The translations under genes were made by a program, and so were the position numbers. A DNA stretch of 60,000 bases from Botryllus schlosseri (taxonomy: Eukaryota), in NCBI GenBank assembly GCA_051294905.1, contig CM119371.1, positions 38,256,001 through 38,316,000 of the forward strand, in the 5' to 3' direction. The stretch's first letter is position 1. Each line of letters starts with the position of its first letter. Shown one piece after another: positions 27,411 through 39,929 of this stretch. The notes beneath the pieces were generated by a model, which saw nothing but the letters and a program-made list of their open reading frames with translations, was not told where the DNA came from and searched no databases.

Positions 27411-28406
27411 AAGAGGTGGAGAGAGAGAGAGAATCGTTATTTATAAACCGTGCGGTACAACATACATAACAAAAATGCAATTGTGTCAAATATGATACAC
27501 AGATGAGTTTTGCTGCAGTTTCTTCGGACAGGTGTGCGGACCTAGGAGTTTTGGGGTGTGGCATTTGAGGTTTTATACGGGGTATTGATTTGCTGTTTAG
27601 AAATTTGCGGAATATTATTTCCGAATTGCGTTCTTTTCTTGCTGCATAGCGGCAAAATAAAAATTTCGCGGTCATGTCAGGCCGTCCCTGAAAACGAAAT
27701 GTACCGAATTCGACAGCTCTGCAGGAGCTGACAGCGAAATGCTGTCATGTATGTTTCAAACATGATGAACATAAAAATGCATGCGTGATCGATTAAATAG
27801 CGAAGAAAGAAACGAAACAAGCAGACACCTTGTAAATCCTAAAGGTGAACCGTTGGTTTATACAGCGGAACCTTCCAAGTATCTCATACCTTGATAATTT
27901 TAAGAACTGATATATTCGACTTTTTATTGCAACTTTTGTTAAAATTAAGTGCAACTTTCTCACGATTTTAGCGTGACAAAAACTTGCCCTAGTCATAACC
28001 TAACGATATGAATTGCAACCCTATGTCCGAATTAAGCGGAGAATTGTCCGAATGAGCTGTAGTGCAATTGAGCGGAAGATAATGAGTTCAAACGGAGAGG
28101 TATTTCAAATACTGACACCGATATACGTGATAGAATGTTGCACAAGACTTGTACAGTGTTCTTGCGAACACAGTCGCTAGATGTTGTTGACTATCCGCAG
28201 GAATGTAGGACAGATATTCAAAATAAGCCGCGGCGCACTTACCGATCCCTGGTGAGTGCCTGGCTCTTCTCCAGCTTCTTCGCCAATGACTGCAATTAAA
28301 ACCAGCTTAAGAAAAGCAACGCTAACAAACAGTCCCAAAGGCTAAGTTGCTTACCTCCGACATAAGCCACTGCAACAAGGAGGATGAAGCTTGGAACGAA
28401 TCGCAT
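20590..28406 (-). CDS. Gene B: secreted protein with divergent C-type lectin domain, 227 aa. Exons 28355-28406, 28243-28289, 27152-27269, 27016-27083, 23173-23315, 20590-20845
   Basis: Six canonical GT-AG exons (52+47+118+68+143+256 = 684 nt) splice in frame. Signal peptide MRFVPSFILLVAVAYVG, Thr-rich stalk, CTLD motifs WKTYKGCQY, helix Cys, VWLGL, KWTDG, FYVCEYCP*. Confidence 0.9.
21567..22112. mobile_element. hAT MITE rich in GACTCGAGTC repeats, nested in an older CAGTGG element starting about 21506 (gene B intron 5)
   Basis: CAGGGTTGTAA/TTACAACCCAG ends, TSD atttatcg/atctatca. Confidence 0.78.
24132..25312. mobile_element. Non-autonomous hAT element in gene B intron 4
   Basis: CAGGGGTTCTCA/TGAGAACCCCTG TIRs, perfect TSD gcctagac, GGTGGGCCA subterminal repeats. 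Confidence 0.9.
25406..25439 (+). ncRNA. Minimal type I hammerhead ribozyme (intact core, compensatory stem I)
   Basis: ACCU-CUGACGA-GUGUCAGCC-GAAA-AUAU-UC-AGGU; a stem I C-G pair is replaced by U-A relative to the 6352 copy. Confidence 0.8.
27361..27432. repeat. (GA)n microsatellite in gene B intron 2
   Basis: Long GA run; the paralogous site in gene C (about 51568-51585) is a short GA-rich stretch. Confidence 0.95.
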
Positions 28407-29084
28407 GCTGGTCTATCTTGACTAGCACGACCGATCTACTTAAGGAAGAAAAGAAACTGTGATTATTATTATTATTAACAATGACAATAGTTAATTAACA
28501 ATCACCAACCAATACCAACAATTAAAAGTAGTAATATAGACTGAGAATAACAAAATGTGGGGATTATCGATGTGCACCACGGCCAAAGTTTAGAATCACA
28601 ATTCAGTTGGCAAGAAATGTGTTAAATTATCGCATTGCTGGCTCAGACGATCTCAAAGTACGCTGGTAACAGTTCTGGCCGCAGCGGGAGGTGGTGTGCT
28701 GTGAATTCAGCGATTTAAAAACGTCTCATGAATTTGATGTGATCGGTACATCCACACAATGTACCAGATACGAATTCACTGAGCCTTATTACTTGGATTC
28801 AGATTTTTGAAATATGAAGATGCACTATTGCATTTTTGACGGGGTTCAATAGCATGGCTCAAGCCTCATTAGATCGATTCCTTTTAATCAGTGCTGACGG
28901 TCATTCGCGTGATTGGAATAGCTGATGATGCAAGGTACCTCATATCGCCGAGAAAAGACGCCAGCGTTGGTTAATCACCTCGATTCCCATTTTTGAAATA
29001 TCGAGATGCACTGCTGCATTTTGGAGGGTACAATAGCTTAGCTCAAGCCTTATCAGATCGCCCTTTTTAACCAGCAGTTTCGTC

Positions 29085-29520
29085 TAGAGTTGCATTTAAA
29101 ACAAAAATCAATCTAAAACAAACATGCTTAAAACAATGCCTTGTTTGAAACATGTTTTTATTGTTTTTCTTCAAAGTCATGACGTCATGAATATTCAATT
29201 GCGACGTCATTGTGGATTGACATTGAAAATTGAAAATATAAGGGTAAATATGGCTCCTTTGACGAAATATCTGTACTATTGCTGTTGAACCGACTATTTT
29301 GAGGGTCCGAACCATCCCATATCCATGTACGTCGTCTATATTGAGTGGTAATTGTCCGTAGGTTCATACAACATGTTTTGGGAAAATATTTACACAATTA
29401 CGGCACAATTTTACAGCTTATTAAAAAGACAATTAAAAAATGGCATTTCTTCGAAACACTGTTTAAAACATGCTTTAAACAAAGTGCTTTAAAACACCGT
29501 TTGTTTTAAATGCAATCCTA
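29085..29520 (+). mobile_element. hAT MITE F1, uninterrupted copy of about 436 bp
   Basis: TAGAGTTGCATTTAAAACAAA/TTTGTTTTAAATGCAATCCTA TIRs. Confidence 0.85.
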
Positions 29521-32500
29521 CTTCTGTCCATTACTCGTGTGATTTAAATATGGCTGGTGAATGGTGACGCAAAGAATCCAGTATCCCAGGGACAAGACGC
29601 CCGCGCTGGTTTAGACTGGATTCGAACCCACACCGATCTATGAGCGAAAGGAGCCCTTATTCAGTACGAGGCAACATTACTTTATCGCCCGGGGGCAGGT
29701 CGTACCGGCGCTGACTTTTCTGGGCTGTCACTCGCGTCGCGAGACAACGCCACTCGACACACCTCTGCATACCAATTTCAGCGCGCTGTGCTGCAGTGTT
29801 ACATAATTTTCAGGAGTCTGGGGACTTGAAATTCGAGTTGCCAGCTTGTCATGCTCATTCAAATCGATGGAGAGTCACTATTTGTTGGGTTTGGAGTTCC
29901 GACAATTGCAAACCACACGCAGCTTCTCCGATGGATAATAATCGTTGATAAGATAGATGATATTGTCAACATTACAACATGTGATGTCTCAACGATACCC
30001 ACATCAAAGTAATGCCTTCGGATTGAATACCGTTAGCAAAGGCGTTAGTTTAGTACGACGTGTGTATCTCGCAGTCTTCATCGGAATGATACCACCACTA
30101 AGCAGCAAACATTTGCTGTTTTAGTTCTAGTCGATATTAGCCACCCATCACGAACACATGAATGATGAGCCCAGTTCCGATCGCAGCACTCCAATGGTTA
30201 GATTCAGATGCGATATGCAAAATCAAGGCCGCACGATTAAAAATCTTTCTTCTTATCATGTGGCCCCAAGATTTTTTCTCGACACTGTATAGGTAACCCC
30301 TTTTGATATGTTATTTTGTTACAATTTCAAGGGAAATGATACGGTTAATATGATATACATCTCGGCACAATAACACCATCAATAGTCTCGTTCCTATGGC
30401 AAATATCCAGTGAAGATGTGACTTCTACGAGTACTTCAAGCGTGTTCTTTGCGAACATTATATGGCCAATCAAATTCATCGACAGAGATGATAGTTTCGC
30501 GATATATAAATGCTACAGCATTGTTGAAGATATGTTTGTCCAAAATTGTTCGCAGTAGGCCCAATGGCGTTGGTCAATCGTTGAAACGATTATATTGATA
30601 TTTCAATCGCGAGCTACTATAACTCACCGTTCAAATTATTTTTGGACACCGGGTACGCCCAATTACTACCCGTTGCCTGTATTATAATTGCTTCCGACTC
30701 AAGCCATTTGGCAATAATTCGAGATTAAGTTGGCAAAAGATTACCGGTAAGTTATCAACTTATTTTATAAATTCAAACGGCCGTATTCATTTTCGACGTA
30801 ACAAGAAACGGACTAGCATTGCATGTCACACTAGAACTGCTTCGCCTACGCACATAATTCAAAATAAATGGTCGTTATCTCCCGAATAAACTTGTATCAA
30901 TTCGTGTGAAATTGGTTTACTCTCTGCGCCCCCGGTGCGGAATGCCGCGATCTAAATAGCTCAGGCTACCCTCAAAAGTTTGCAGCACGCCTATCTCATC
31001 AAATAACCCAAGCGGGGAGTCGCTATACTTTAAAACGCGAGTGATTCGCGAGAGAACGTTTTTCGCCGTGTCTGTCGACGACAAGTCATGATTCGAATCA
31101 AATTTCAATATCGAACAAGATTAGACACCGTATCAAGGGCGTGTAATCTCAACTTCAAAATCGTCAGGTACGGTTTGGCGTTTTACGACATGCATGCATG
31201 CCTCACTTTGGCATGTTTTTTAAAATTAATATCTGTAGGACAAAGTGGGTATTCGTTGCTCAACTGACTATGCAGATACTTTCAATCTCCTCACTGTCTT
31301 ATTATTATATAGCAATCTTGCGGCGTATTGGTCTTGGACAAAACAGTCATGAAACTTGTTATCTCCGCCGAGCATCTAGTAAATGTTGTCGGTTACATTT
31401 TAAACTACTAAGAGGATGATTCGTTGCGAAGACGCGAGTAGAATTAATGTTTTAGTTGTTGCTAGTTTCAATTTCAACGCCATCATATTCCATATCTAAT
31501 TCCGATTACACAGTGAAAGGGAAATATTTGGATAGTTCTCTATGATAATACAACCGTTCCGCTCTGTTAATTTGTTCATAATTGCATGGTGGCAGAAGTT
31601 TTCCTCACACACAGTAACTGAGTGATTCGATTTCGAATCTAGTAGTAGCCCACAAGTCGAGCCCTCGGGTATACTGATTATGACTTCGTAACAGCATGAA
31701 TGATTTGGGAGGTTTAAATATGTATCTATTAAACGACCACAAATAATATAATGCCAGTTACACAACATTGTATCAAGTCTTGTACTACATGTTTTGATGC
31801 TAGGATGGTTTCAAGGATTCCATGATGAGTAGAAAGTATCGAAACTTTAATTCTAGTCAATAAAATATCTCGCAGTAGGCTACCCATAGGGGCGCAAAAA
31901 TTCAGTACTCAAACATATCAGTTCCCGTCAACCGAATCGGAAAAATGGTGGGGCGTCCGGCTTTTTTTATCGGTAGATCCTGGGTTCAATCCCCGATCGG
32001 GTCACATCAAAAACCTGACCAGTAAAATTGGTATCTGTGACTTCCTGTTTGGCGCTGAGCAATTCCTATATAGCATGATGCAAGACTATAGGAAAGCCTT
32101 ACGAGGCTATTTTTGCACCTTCCTGGTCCAGTGACATATGCGCCTCATGATTTCAGGGTATGTATATGCAATTATGCACGGATCGTTTGTATGTACAATG
32201 TACATCATAAGCCGGTGTATATGCCGCAAAAACATCAACCGCAAAACTATACAACGTTGCATCGTGTCCTAATTAAAACACGATTCCTATTCGGGTACTC
32301 AAATCATTTAGCTTAGCTCTAATTATGGAGTCTGTGACAGAGATGGTCTGGCTTGTAGGCGTGAATTAAATTTACCCATAACATTCGCTATCGTTATGGG
32401 CAGATCTGACATAGCAAAAGCTTGCTAGCTTTTAAACCCCATCGATCAAAGCAAAATTATATATTTGTTATCGGATTTAAAAGGACCGCAACACGTCGCG

Positions 32501-33479
32501 GCATATCTTCAGCTTTACATATCACGGTATGATTTGAAGGAAAATGACACCGACGCTATACTTCGAGTTTCACAGACACCCTTTCGACATAGTATACTTT
32601 GGCGTTTTTCGCCGTAGGGCCGTTCAATATAAAGCGAGATATCTCCTCCAAGTTGCGACGGAATCTCAAGCGCAGCGCGAGCTTATCATGAGGCTTGCAA
32701 AGATATTTGATTTCATACATACATTGAAGATTCATCAGCACGCAACATCCAAGTCACCTCACGCATTGATACACAGAAAAGGAAAGGTTCTTCTGAGATT
32801 TGTTTGGCGCCACTTTCATATAGCGATGTTGCTGCGTGTTTGAGGATTTGGATCAACGTTTAAGTCGTTAGCTCAGGAATCATGAAAAGGATCACTAGCC
32901 TGGTGTAAATGGCCATAGCAGTCGCAACACCCTGAATAACTAAAATTACAACAGCAACAACAATACATTAATCGAAATTGACTGGCAAACTTCATCATGC
33001 TTGAGCGAATTCACCTAATCACAGCGAATTGCTGCCTATCCATCAGCATTGGTCTCTTCTCTTAAATGTCACTGATAGCAGATGTGAATCATGTCAAGTT
33101 TAAGCAAATAATTATAGCGGTGGCTTCGCACCTCCAAGCAGTATTGATTTTCTTATGAAAGCCCCATTCGCAGCGCGGACGAAATGAACGTGCCGGAATG
33201 AAAGTACCGCTATGCCGTCTAGCTAGGACTAGTAAGCTCGTCGGACGAGACATGTCGGGAAGATTCCGTTTCTACCTCTCTCTCCTATTTTGTTGCTCGG
33301 TACGGATCACTGCCTCGCTACACTCGTTCTCGCATCTATCAATTTTCACACCCGCAGTTCCGTATGCAATGCAGTCAGCTGACGTCACACAGTCCGTAAA
33401 TATTGCACCTCAATTGTTAATTATCTAAAGTCCTGGTGTCAAGATTACAATCTGAAGGCACTTGAATAAAATTTCGAAC

Positions 33480-33690
33480 GACACTCTTGGAGATATATAA
33501 CTTTAATTTACAGTTGAATGGTATATTCATATTGAAATAAACCGGGATACTTTTGGCTGATACTCGTCAGTGGTAATCTTCAGTCAATAAGAACGACTGA
33601 AATTAACATCGCACATTAACAACCGTAACGCCAAATACGACGTCGAAGGCCCGAAAATTCGTGTAGGTTAATCGAGACGAACAGATGGCT
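33480..33690 (-). mobile_element. Degenerate copy of the hammerhead-bearing repeat
   Basis: Same flanks; core mutated (GAAA>AAAA, UC>CC) at 33541-33574. Other partial copies at about 16280-16460, 20398-20478, and 23915-24003 plus 25391-25500. Confidence 0.7.
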
Positions 33691-34316
33691 CACTGTAATA
33701 TTTTCAGATTATACAAGAACGTTGTCAGAGATTTGGTTTAACGAATTTTGATTAAAAGTGAATTCGACACACGTGAATGAGACAACGAACGGCCTCTCTC
33801 GACAACGGCCGTTTCCCGCTTTAAATACGAACCTGATTCTTTACAATAACTCGAAAGAGAAACCTGGCCGTCAGAAGCTTCCCGTCCATTATCATGCGGT
33901 CAGCAAACTAAAACGTTTTAACCAATCTAAATCCGTTATTTTACAGGGAAATCCTCATCTCGGATTTCAATTTCGTGTTCCATCATTGTAGCCTACTCCG
34001 TGCGAAGAATACAGTAAGATATGTTGCGCGTTACTGCGCAAGCTACGGTATTGAGCGATACGAATTTACGGACGATAACCGTCGCTCAGCAATATTGTAC
34101 TTCATGAAACAATACGTTTTCCGTATCTCCTCTCGAATGCATACGGTTTAGGTACTTATAAGTTTCATAATTTAGTGGCAACTCCTAGTATTAATATGAA
34201 GGTAGAAAAGCTACATCAAGATGCCTTATTGAATGTTTCAGTCCACTGTGCAAATTATGCATTTGTTATGGGATTTAAAATCAACGCCCGGGATCGTCGC
34301 ACAGATTGCTCGCAAC

Positions 34317-34833
34317 TAGGGCTGGGCACAATGATTCGAGTACTCGAATCTGAATCGAGTATTAATTTTAATGATTCGAGTCGAGTAGTAAAATACGATT
34401 TTTTCGAGTACTGAAATTATAAGCTTCTCGCCACTGAAAGTTAATTTATCAACGAGAATTATAGTTTCGATACTATTTTTCACTGGTGAAGCCTTGAAAC
34501 GTTGATTGGCGGTATCGTAGCATACGAAACATATGGTATGAAGCTACGAAGGTTACTGGACGTAGCACATTTCCGAAGTCATGATTATTCCACAAAATTG
34601 TAACCAAGTGGAATGAAATCGGTATGGTCGAAAAAATACCAAATTATCATTTATGAGATGGATAAAAGGCATTATATTCCTTGTGGGGGCATACACGGTA
34701 CATATTTGACCTTTGACGTATTACATTCTTTTATGACGTCATAATAAGTGATACTCGATTACTCGACTCGACTCGAAGCATATTACGTGATTCAGAATCG
34801 AATCACTCAGGTACTCGATTTTGCCCAGCCCAA
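34317..34833. mobile_element. hAT MITE F3
   Basis: TIRs present, perfect TSD ctcgcaac. Confidence 0.9.
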
Positions 34834-36029
34834 CTCGCAACAAGGGAGAATTGACTTAAACGCATAGCTTCGAATTTCCCGGACGTCCCTTCGACACATA
34901 TTTCTCTGATTCACAGAGCGCCGTTATTCGCGGCAATCGCAGGAGGGCCGTTCGACCTGAAGCGGGATATCTCCGTCATGTTGTGACGTAATCTCAATTG
35001 AAGAGCGACATATATGCCTTTTACAAACTGTTGAAATCTGTAAGCTTTGAAACCAAGTTTCCATTTAAACCAGATTCCACGCAATGGTTAACGCGGTTTG
35101 ACGTAATTGGGTTTAAGGTTGCGCTCAATCACACCCGTCAGCATTAACGCGGTCTACTGGCGTCCCTGATATAAGCTCTGAAAGATTAACTGTCACAAAT
35201 TACTGTGAGTAAAATCTTCACTCAGCTTGCTATATACAGAGGTTATCATAGTCTGCCTCATTTTCCCTCGACTACATGTAGAAGTGGCGATTTTCCACAA
35301 TAAGCATCGTGTCGGAGTTACCCGGATCTGGCTACATTAGAAATTGTCAGATGTATCCACGCGCTTAACGCGAACAGACTATAATAACGCTACAAATTGG
35401 TGAAAGTATGAAAACGATAGTAAGTTACCGTGGTGCAGCTGTATTACGCCCAGTTTGCACGGCGATCCTCATCATAAATGCGATTCTATGATATCTCCAA
35501 ACGACTGTCTACTTTACAGATTGCCAGGTGTGAAAATAAGTAGTTTTGCATGAAGAATTGTTAAGTAGATGCGGAAGTAGTCAAATCTCAAATGCAATAC
35601 ATTGCCCGAGCCGATAGAGAACAGAGAATGTGCATTACTAGGAGACTTAACAGGTTGCTTCATTTCGTATGGACTGTATAGCACAGGCGGAACTGCACTG
35701 TAAAAAATAAAGGTGGGTTTTTGGCAAAAATGGAGGAAGAAACTATAATCCTTCCTTTTACGAGAGGTAGATTATGCCATACACCTGTCAAGAAGGTATA
35801 ATACATTTTCCTACCTCCAGAAATACATATTCCACCTCCCAAAACCCTCCTATAAAGTGATATATACGATACATTACTTTATAGGAGGGTTTTGGGAGGT
35901 GGAAGATATATTTAAAAAACTGCATCGCGCATAATAGCTCCGATAGTTATCATGCATATTCCAGTCAAAATACATACAATTTCTACTGAATCAATACCAT
36001 AGTCAGATCAAGATTACCGGACCATCGAC

Positions 36030-36495
36030 CTGACGGTTCTATACCAATACCGAGAAAACCATTACCGAGAATGGACATTACCGAGAATGCCATTACCGAG
36101 AATGGATATTACCGAGAACGGACATTACCGAGAATGGTCATTACCGAGAATGGTCATTACCGAGAATGGACACCACCGAGAATGGACATTACCGAGAATG
36201 GTCAATGTCAAGAATATAGATTACTGGGACTGACGTTGTCGAGAAATTTATACCTGAGCATCGATACCGAATGTGGCAACGCCGTGATGCACTCACGGCA
36301 CGACCTGTGCATATGCATAACATGCCTGTATTGCATATATTGCATTCTCGGTAATGTCCATTATCGGTGGTGTCCATTCTAGGTAATGTCCATTCTCGGT
36401 GGTGTCCATTCTCGGTAATGTCCATTCTCGGTGGTGTCCATTCTCGGTAATGGCATTCTCGGTAATGGTTTTCTCGGTATTGTCCGGACACCCGA
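36030..36495. mobile_element. Foldback-like palindromic element with arms of tandem 16-bp units (ACCGAGAATGGACATT)
   Basis: About 10 direct units at 36047-36205 and about 9 inverted units at 36343-36482 around a unique core. Confidence 0.85.
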
Positions 36496-36503
36496 CCTGA
36501 CAT

Positions 36504-37019
36504 TAAGGCTGCTGGGCACAATGATTCGAGTACTCGAATCTGAATCGAGTATTAATTTTAATGATTCGAGTCGAGTAGTAAAATACGATTTTTTCGAGTA
36601 CTGAAATTATACGCTCTTCGCAACTGACAGTTAATTTATCAACGAGAATTCTAGTTTTGACACTATTTTCCACCGAGAAAGCCTTGAAACCTTGATTGGC
36701 CGTGTCGCAGCATACCAGACATAGTACAAAGCTACGAACGATACTGGAAAAACATATTTCCGAAGTCATGATCATCGCAAAACATTGTCAAGAAGTGTAA
36801 TGAAATCGGTATGGTCGAAAAATACCAAAGTATCTTTAATGTGACGGATAACAGCCATTATGTTCTTTGCGATGGCATAAAAGGTACATATTTGAACTTC
36901 GACATAGTACAGTCTTTTGTGACGTCATAATGAGTGATACTCGATTACTCGACTCGACTCGAAGCATATTACGTGATTCAGAATCGAATCACTCAGGTAC
37001 TCGATTTTGCCCAGCCCTA
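36504..37019. mobile_element. hAT MITE F3
   Basis: TIRs present, perfect TSD cctgacat. Confidence 0.9.
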
Positions 37020-37905
37020 CCTGACATATCGATCCAATTTTTTTTATCACCTGCATGTCCTTTTATATCATCATTCTTTTACTCTTCGCATGCAGTGCAT
37101 ATATACTGCTCCGACTCCGGACTGTGGCCACCTCTGCACGTGGCCCATGCACAGATATCGATCTATAGTCTTTGAAGAGTTGCAGTCGCTGCAGTTGGTG
37201 GTGTTGGGCGATAGTTGCTCGGTTTATGATTATGGAATGGAATTGTCCCGTTGAGTCGTGCAAGATAAAAGCATTCTCTAGCCGACTATATCTATTAGAT
37301 CATTTACGAAGCATTAGGTTACCGTTACGCGTTACTGATTTTTCTGAGATTCGTAGTAAACAACCAATGCATCACTGTGACATCACAAGCAGCGTCTGGT
37401 TACGTCAGTACGGTAAGTAGTGACATCACATGGAATAAATATCAATTTATACGCAATTAGATGGGAAAGAAAGGGACTAGATGTAATGATAAATGTTTCT
37501 GTAAAAAAAACGACCTAAATCAAACATTATAACGCAGTGGCCTGTAAATATTATTGGTGGCATGTCAGCGGATGAATACCACTTATTTTGAAATCGTTAG
37601 AGTGGCGTATCGTCGTCTGGCCATTATAGAGATTTGAGCAAAGGGTGGAGCGAAGCTTGTGCTTGAAGAAAGTGGGCACGATCGTTGAAGATTCCTAGGA
37701 ATGCTGATTGGGATACGCATCGTAAAAGGTACGTTTAGTAAACCATTTCGAAATGCCGAAATTGATTTCAGTTTAAACATATTGCTGTTGTTGTTCACAG
37801 TAAGCCATTCTGATTCTACTGTGCCCAATATCACTATTCCTTCATCGGTATCCTTCATCGGTATCCTTCATCACTATTCCTTCATCTTCACTTAATTTTG
37901 TACAG

Positions 37906-38538
37906 AATCTAAAGATCTTGGCTGGATGGCTGCTTTACCCACCATTTTTAATGAAGCATATTCACATTTTTACTGGTTGACGAGAAGGTATGAATACTTA
38001 TCAATATTATATGTTACCAATGCGGACAACTATTCTAGTCGAATAGAGTTATACAATGTTTGCCAAATTTGATTCGCAAGGAAATTGGATTAGATTTAAA
38101 TTAACAAAAATTTCAGCAATGAGATTAGAATTTTATTACCGACGGCATCTGTTTGTCAAATCCGCATTACTACGCTAAATATAGATATGGTGACTGAGAA
38201 CTGATCTATAGAACGTGTGTGTGTATTTGACCTGATTCTTTTTCACATACTAACAGACACCAAAGTCTGGATACCCTATCATCTGCTTCAACACTGAAAA
38301 GCAAGAGTGGAAAGTCTGTTTTGATGGGGAGCAGGTGCACAACATCCATAACTTTCAAGAGGCATTGGCAGTGATGTTATCCATTCAATGGATCTTCGAT
38401 ATGGAGTTCTCACCCAAAATTAAAAATTCCCTGACGTTCTTGTCAGTGATTCTGGAACATTTGCCTGGTGTGCACATCACCAATGCTGTGAAGAAGAAAC
38501 TCCGTGCAATGCACCACCAAATAAAATCTTTCGACTGA
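37906..38538 (+). pseudogene. Last two exons (37906-37987, 38257-38538) of a CMC-element accessory ORF, SAMD3-like C-terminus
   Basis: GT-AG exons SKDLGWMAALPTIFNE and TPKSGYPIIC...FQEALAVMLSIQWIFDMEFSPKIKNSLTFL; a phase mismatch suggests a 1-nt deletion; family recognised by motif only. Confidence 0.55.
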
Positions 38539-38842
38539 CTAATGACGTCTTGAATTGTAAATAATAAATCCAATGTCATGTCAACATGTGATGCATTATA
38601 TATGTATGTTGCTGTTTGACGAGGATATGCGTATGCCATAATAGGATGGGTTGGTCGGATAGAGGTGTAAGGTAGAAAGATAAGGTAGAAAAATACCTAC
38701 CTGTGAAATAAGGTAGAAAAATACCTACCTGTGAAAAAAGGTAGAAAAATACCTACCTATGTGAAAAAAGGTAGAAAATTTTCCTCCTGTCTGTAAGGTA
38801 GACCGTGAACCACCTCTAAAGGTGGGCACAGTTTTTACAGTG

Positions 38843-39722
38843 TGAGGGAACTTCGCGCGATGGGATGCGGTTTCGTGGCCCGCCCGCCACCATGCCATGG
38901 GAGTGGAATGAAGCAGAGGTGCTAGGGTTGTAGTGGTAATGGCTGTTTGCCTCCGCTAGCTGATATTTGTTTGCATTCAGCCGCAGGTATGCCTTAAAGC
39001 GCAAAGGGGTTCCGAATGTGTGGGCCATTAGGGGGCGGATTGCACTTAGAAATATTTCCAAGGGGGGAACGGTGTAAAAAGGTTCGGAACCTCTGCCTTA
39101 AAGGGTCACTCCGCTCTATATATGATGCGATCTCAAATTATAATTGCACGCAAGAATGGTCATCCTCCCTTAATTAGACGTCGTATTCGAAATGCAGTTA
39201 AGAGACCAATCGATCTAGTGCAGTGGTTGCCAAACTTTCTCTGCTTGCGGCACACTGGAAAAATTATATTACGCTTAAAGGGACTGAGGGAACTTCGCGC
39301 GATGGGATGCGGTTTCGTGGCCCGCCCGCCACCATGCCATGGGGGTGGGATGAAGCAGAGGTGCTAGGGTTGTAGTGTTAATGGCTGTTTGCCTCCGCTA
39401 GCTGATATTTGTTTTCGTTCAGCCGCAGGTATGCCTTAAAGCGCAAAGGGGTTCTCAATGTGTGGGCCATTAGGGGGTGGATTGATTTTAGAAATATTTA
39501 CAAGGGGGGAACGGTGTAAAAAGGTTCGGAACCTTTGCCTTAAAGGGTCACGTCACTCTATATATGATGCGATCTCAAATTAAAATTGCACGCAAGAAGG
39601 GTCATCCCCCTTAATTAGACGTCGTATTCGAAATGCAGTTGAGAGACCAATCGATCTAGTGCAGTGGTTGCCAAACTTTCTCTGCTTGCGGCACACTGGA
39701 AAATTATATTACGCTTAAAGGG
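38843..39722. repeat. Head-to-tail tandem duplication with a unit of about 442 bp
   Basis: 38843-39284 and 39285-39722 are near-identical. Confidence 0.92.
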
Positions 39723-39929
39723 GCGCTGCACTCTAAAAATGATGTGGTCTCAAATTGAAGGGTAAAACGAAATAAAAATTTTGGTCGCAGCCGTTTGCTT
39801 CAGAACGTCACCGTTATGGAGCTACAGTTTATTGAAATTTCGATAACAACTTCACGCTCCAGCAGTCACGAAGATATCGAACTTTATATAGTTGTCAGCC
39901 GATTAGGTGTTTTCGCACATAATGTTAGA

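Larger units (their letters stand above)
35696..38842 (+). mobile_element. EnSpm/CMC (CACTG-ended) DNA transposon remnant with nested insertions
   Basis: CACTGTAAAAA/TTTTTACAGTG ends, 2-bp TG TSD, tandem AAGGTAGAAAAATACCTACC subterminal repeats at about 38680-38780. Confidence 0.8.

Noticed and set aside
33541..33574. Active hammerheads at 33541, 16395 and 20398
   Set aside because: Core mutated (GAAA>AAAA, UC>CC) or truncated; counted only as family fragments
36047..36482. CRISPR-like array
   Set aside because: The 16-bp units abut with no unique spacers, form two inverted arms, and lie in eukaryotic DNA with no cas genes
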